The notes under the pieces are model-generated. The model saw only the letters and a program-made list of their open reading frames with translations. It did no database searches and was not told the origin of the DNA. Source: an uncultured Hyphomicrobiales bacterium (GTDB taxonomy: Bacteria > Pseudomonadota > Alphaproteobacteria > Rhizobiales > Beijerinckiaceae). From it: a stretch of DNA of 62,406 nucleotides. Shown here piece after piece: positions 60,823 through 62,406 of this stretch; the first letter of the stretch is position 1, and the number at the start of each line of letters is the position of its first letter. Location: contig CAIUDK010000315.1 of the NCBI GenBank assembly GCA_903897875.1, positions 1 through 62,406 of the forward strand. The letters are read 5' to 3'. The translations under genes and the position numbers were made by a program.

Positions 60823-62406
60823 ATGCATTTCGATCGGCCAGAAGGTCAGATAGACAAGAAAGTTGCCTGGGGCAGCGATATTGCAGCCCAGATGCTCAAC
60901 CGCTTTGGCTATAAATATATCAGCCTCAACCCAGGTGCGAGCTATCGCGGTTTCCACGATTCCGTCGTCAATCATTTGGGCAACGAAAATCCGTCGATGG
61001 TCCTGTGCCTTCACGAGGATCATTCGGTTGCGATTGCCCATGGTTACGCAAAAGCCATTGATGAACCAATGGCTTGTATCCTTCATTCGAACGTCGGCCT
61101 GCTCCATGGCATGATGTCGCTCTACAACGCTTGGTGCGATCGCGTGCCGATGTTCGTTCTGGGTGCGACCGGTCCAGTGGACGCCAGCCAGCGCCGTCCT
61201 TGGATCGATTGGATCCATACATCAAGCGATCAGGGCGCTCTGATCCGTGATTTCATCAAATGGGACAATCAGCCAACCTCTGCTGAATCCCTGATTGAAG
61301 CCATGTGCCGTGCGCAGATCATGACGCGCGCCGAGCCAACCGCTCCTGTCTATATCTGCCTTGATGCGGGTCTTCAGGAATCGCCGCTCGACACAGTGCC
61401 AGCCTTCCCAGATCTCGCCCGTTTTGAGCCGCCAGCTCCTGTGCGTCCAAACCGCGAGTCCATTGAAAAGGCTGTTGCTTTGCTCTCAAAGGCGAAGAAG
61501 CCTTTGATCTTGATTGGACGCGCGGGCGTCTCCATCGAGGCTTGGAACAAGCGCGTGGCTCTGGCTGAACGCCTTGGCGCCATCGTCATGACGGATCTCA
61601 AAAACCGCGCCGTATTCCCCTCCGATCATCCATCTCAGGTTGCTCAGCCCTTCAATCAGCTGACCCCTGCGACCCGCGAAATCGTTGGCGAAGCTGACGT
61701 TATCCTATCGCTGGATTGGATCGATCTGGGTGGCGCAGTCAAGGCGATGAAGACGGTGCCAGAAGCGGCTGCCAAAATCATCCATTGCTCGCTCGATCAC
61801 ACGCTCCATAACGGCGCGCATATGAATTACATGTCGCTCCCACAGACCGATGTATTCATGGCGGCTTCAGCCGATTCCGTTGTCACCGATCTGTTGGAAG
61901 CTCTGGGTCCTGGCAAGAGCGCGCCATGGCGTAAGCCTTTGCCAATCAAGGTGAAGCCTGAAGATACCGATCGCGTCTCAATTGCTGGCATTGCTCGCAC
62001 TTTGCGCGCAGCAGTTGCCGATCCAGACAAGGTCATGATGGCCGGTCTCTGCCGTCAGTGGCCAGTTGAAGAATGGCCATTCCACAGCCCGTTTGCTTAC
62101 TTTGGTAAGGACGGCGGCGGTGGCATCGGTTCAGGCCCCGGCATGGCGGTGGGCGCAGCGCTCGCCAACCATACGGAAGGTCGCGATACGATTGCGATTC
62201 TGGGTGATGGCGATTTCTGCATGGGCTCCAGCGCCATCTGGAGCGCTGTTCACGCAAAACTGCCTTTGTTGGTGATCATCAACAACAACCGGTCTTACTT
62301 CAACGATGAGTTGCATCAGGAAACTGTGGCACGTCGCCGTGACCGTCCGGTGGAAAATCGTTGGATTGGTCAACGTCTTGCTGATCCTGAGATCGACATT
62401 GCAAAG
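60823..62406 (+). CDS. Thiamine diphosphate-dependent enzyme, paralog 2 (partial, runs off the right edge)
   Basis: GGGAGG RBS, then MHFDRPEG..NPGASYRGFHDS..CLHEDHSV..RRPWIDWIH..GDGDFCMG..NNN. Open to the end of the window, so absent from the ORF track. Confidence 0.9.
   Translation, partial: MHFDRPEGQIDKKVAWGSDIAAQMLNRFGYKYISLNPGASYRGFHDSVVNHLGNENPSMVLCLHEDHSVAIAHGYAKAIDEPMACILHSNVGLLHGMMSLYNAWCDRVPMFVLGATGPVDASQRRPWIDWIHTSSDQGALIRDFIKWDNQPTSAESLIEAMCRAQIMTRAEPTAPVYICLDAGLQESPLDTVPAFPDLARFEPPAPVRPNRESIEKAVALLSKAKKPLILIGRAGVSIEAWNKRVALAERLGAIVMTDLKNRAVFPSDHPSQVAQPFNQLTPATREIVGEADVILSLDWIDLGGAVKAMKTVPEAAAKIIHCSLDHTLHNGAHMNYMSLPQTDVFMAASADSVVTDLLEALGPGKSAPWRKPLPIKVKPEDTDRVSIAGIARTLRAAVADPDKVMMAGLCRQWPVEEWPFHSPFAYFGKDGGGGIGSGPGMAVGAALANHTEGRDTIAILGDGDFCMGSSAIWSAVHAKLPLLVIINNNRSYFNDELHQETVARRRDRPVENRWIGQRLADPEIDIAK

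Noticed and set aside
60510-62373. Several short ORFs in the track at the right end
   Set aside because: Explained by the open + strand ThDP gene starting at 60823.

Overview
Chromosomal window from an alphaproteobacterium of the Hyphomicrobiales (Rhizobiales) type. This assignment is inferred from the cpa/tad locus layout, maeB-mutS, the argB-dapD-dapE-truA-fmt-def block, malate synthase G and exoD. About 3.1-17.7 kb is an accessory catabolic/uptake region. It encodes a non-canonical PQQ dehydrogenase with a divergent cytochrome c, an orphan NMT1/SsuA-type binding protein, four Bug/TctC binding proteins, a RutA-like LLM flavin monooxygenase, IclR, a maleate-isomerase-family protein, an SDR, a bicupin and a ThDP enzyme. 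The middle of the window is housekeeping: hrpB, ugd, maeB, mutS, pgm, a Flp/Tad pilus locus with CtrA-like boxes, an M17 aminopeptidase, NlpC/P60, def-fmt-truA, dapE/dapD, argB, engB, yidC, rnpA and rpmH. The right end has an FMN reductase, a fifth Bug protein, maiA, glcB, exoD, a UDP-GlcA epimerase, a degenerate GT2 and a second, truncated ThDP paralog. Four real genes are missing from the supplied ORF track: an ABC ATPase tail, the Flp pilin, rpmH and the terminal ThDP gene. No rRNA, tRNA, CRISPR array, transposase or integrase was seen. The best candidate for an undescribed system is the 3-18 kb cluster, a putative pathway for an unknown (possibly N-heterocyclic) substrate fed by transporter-less binding proteins. 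All family calls are by motif recognition, not database search.
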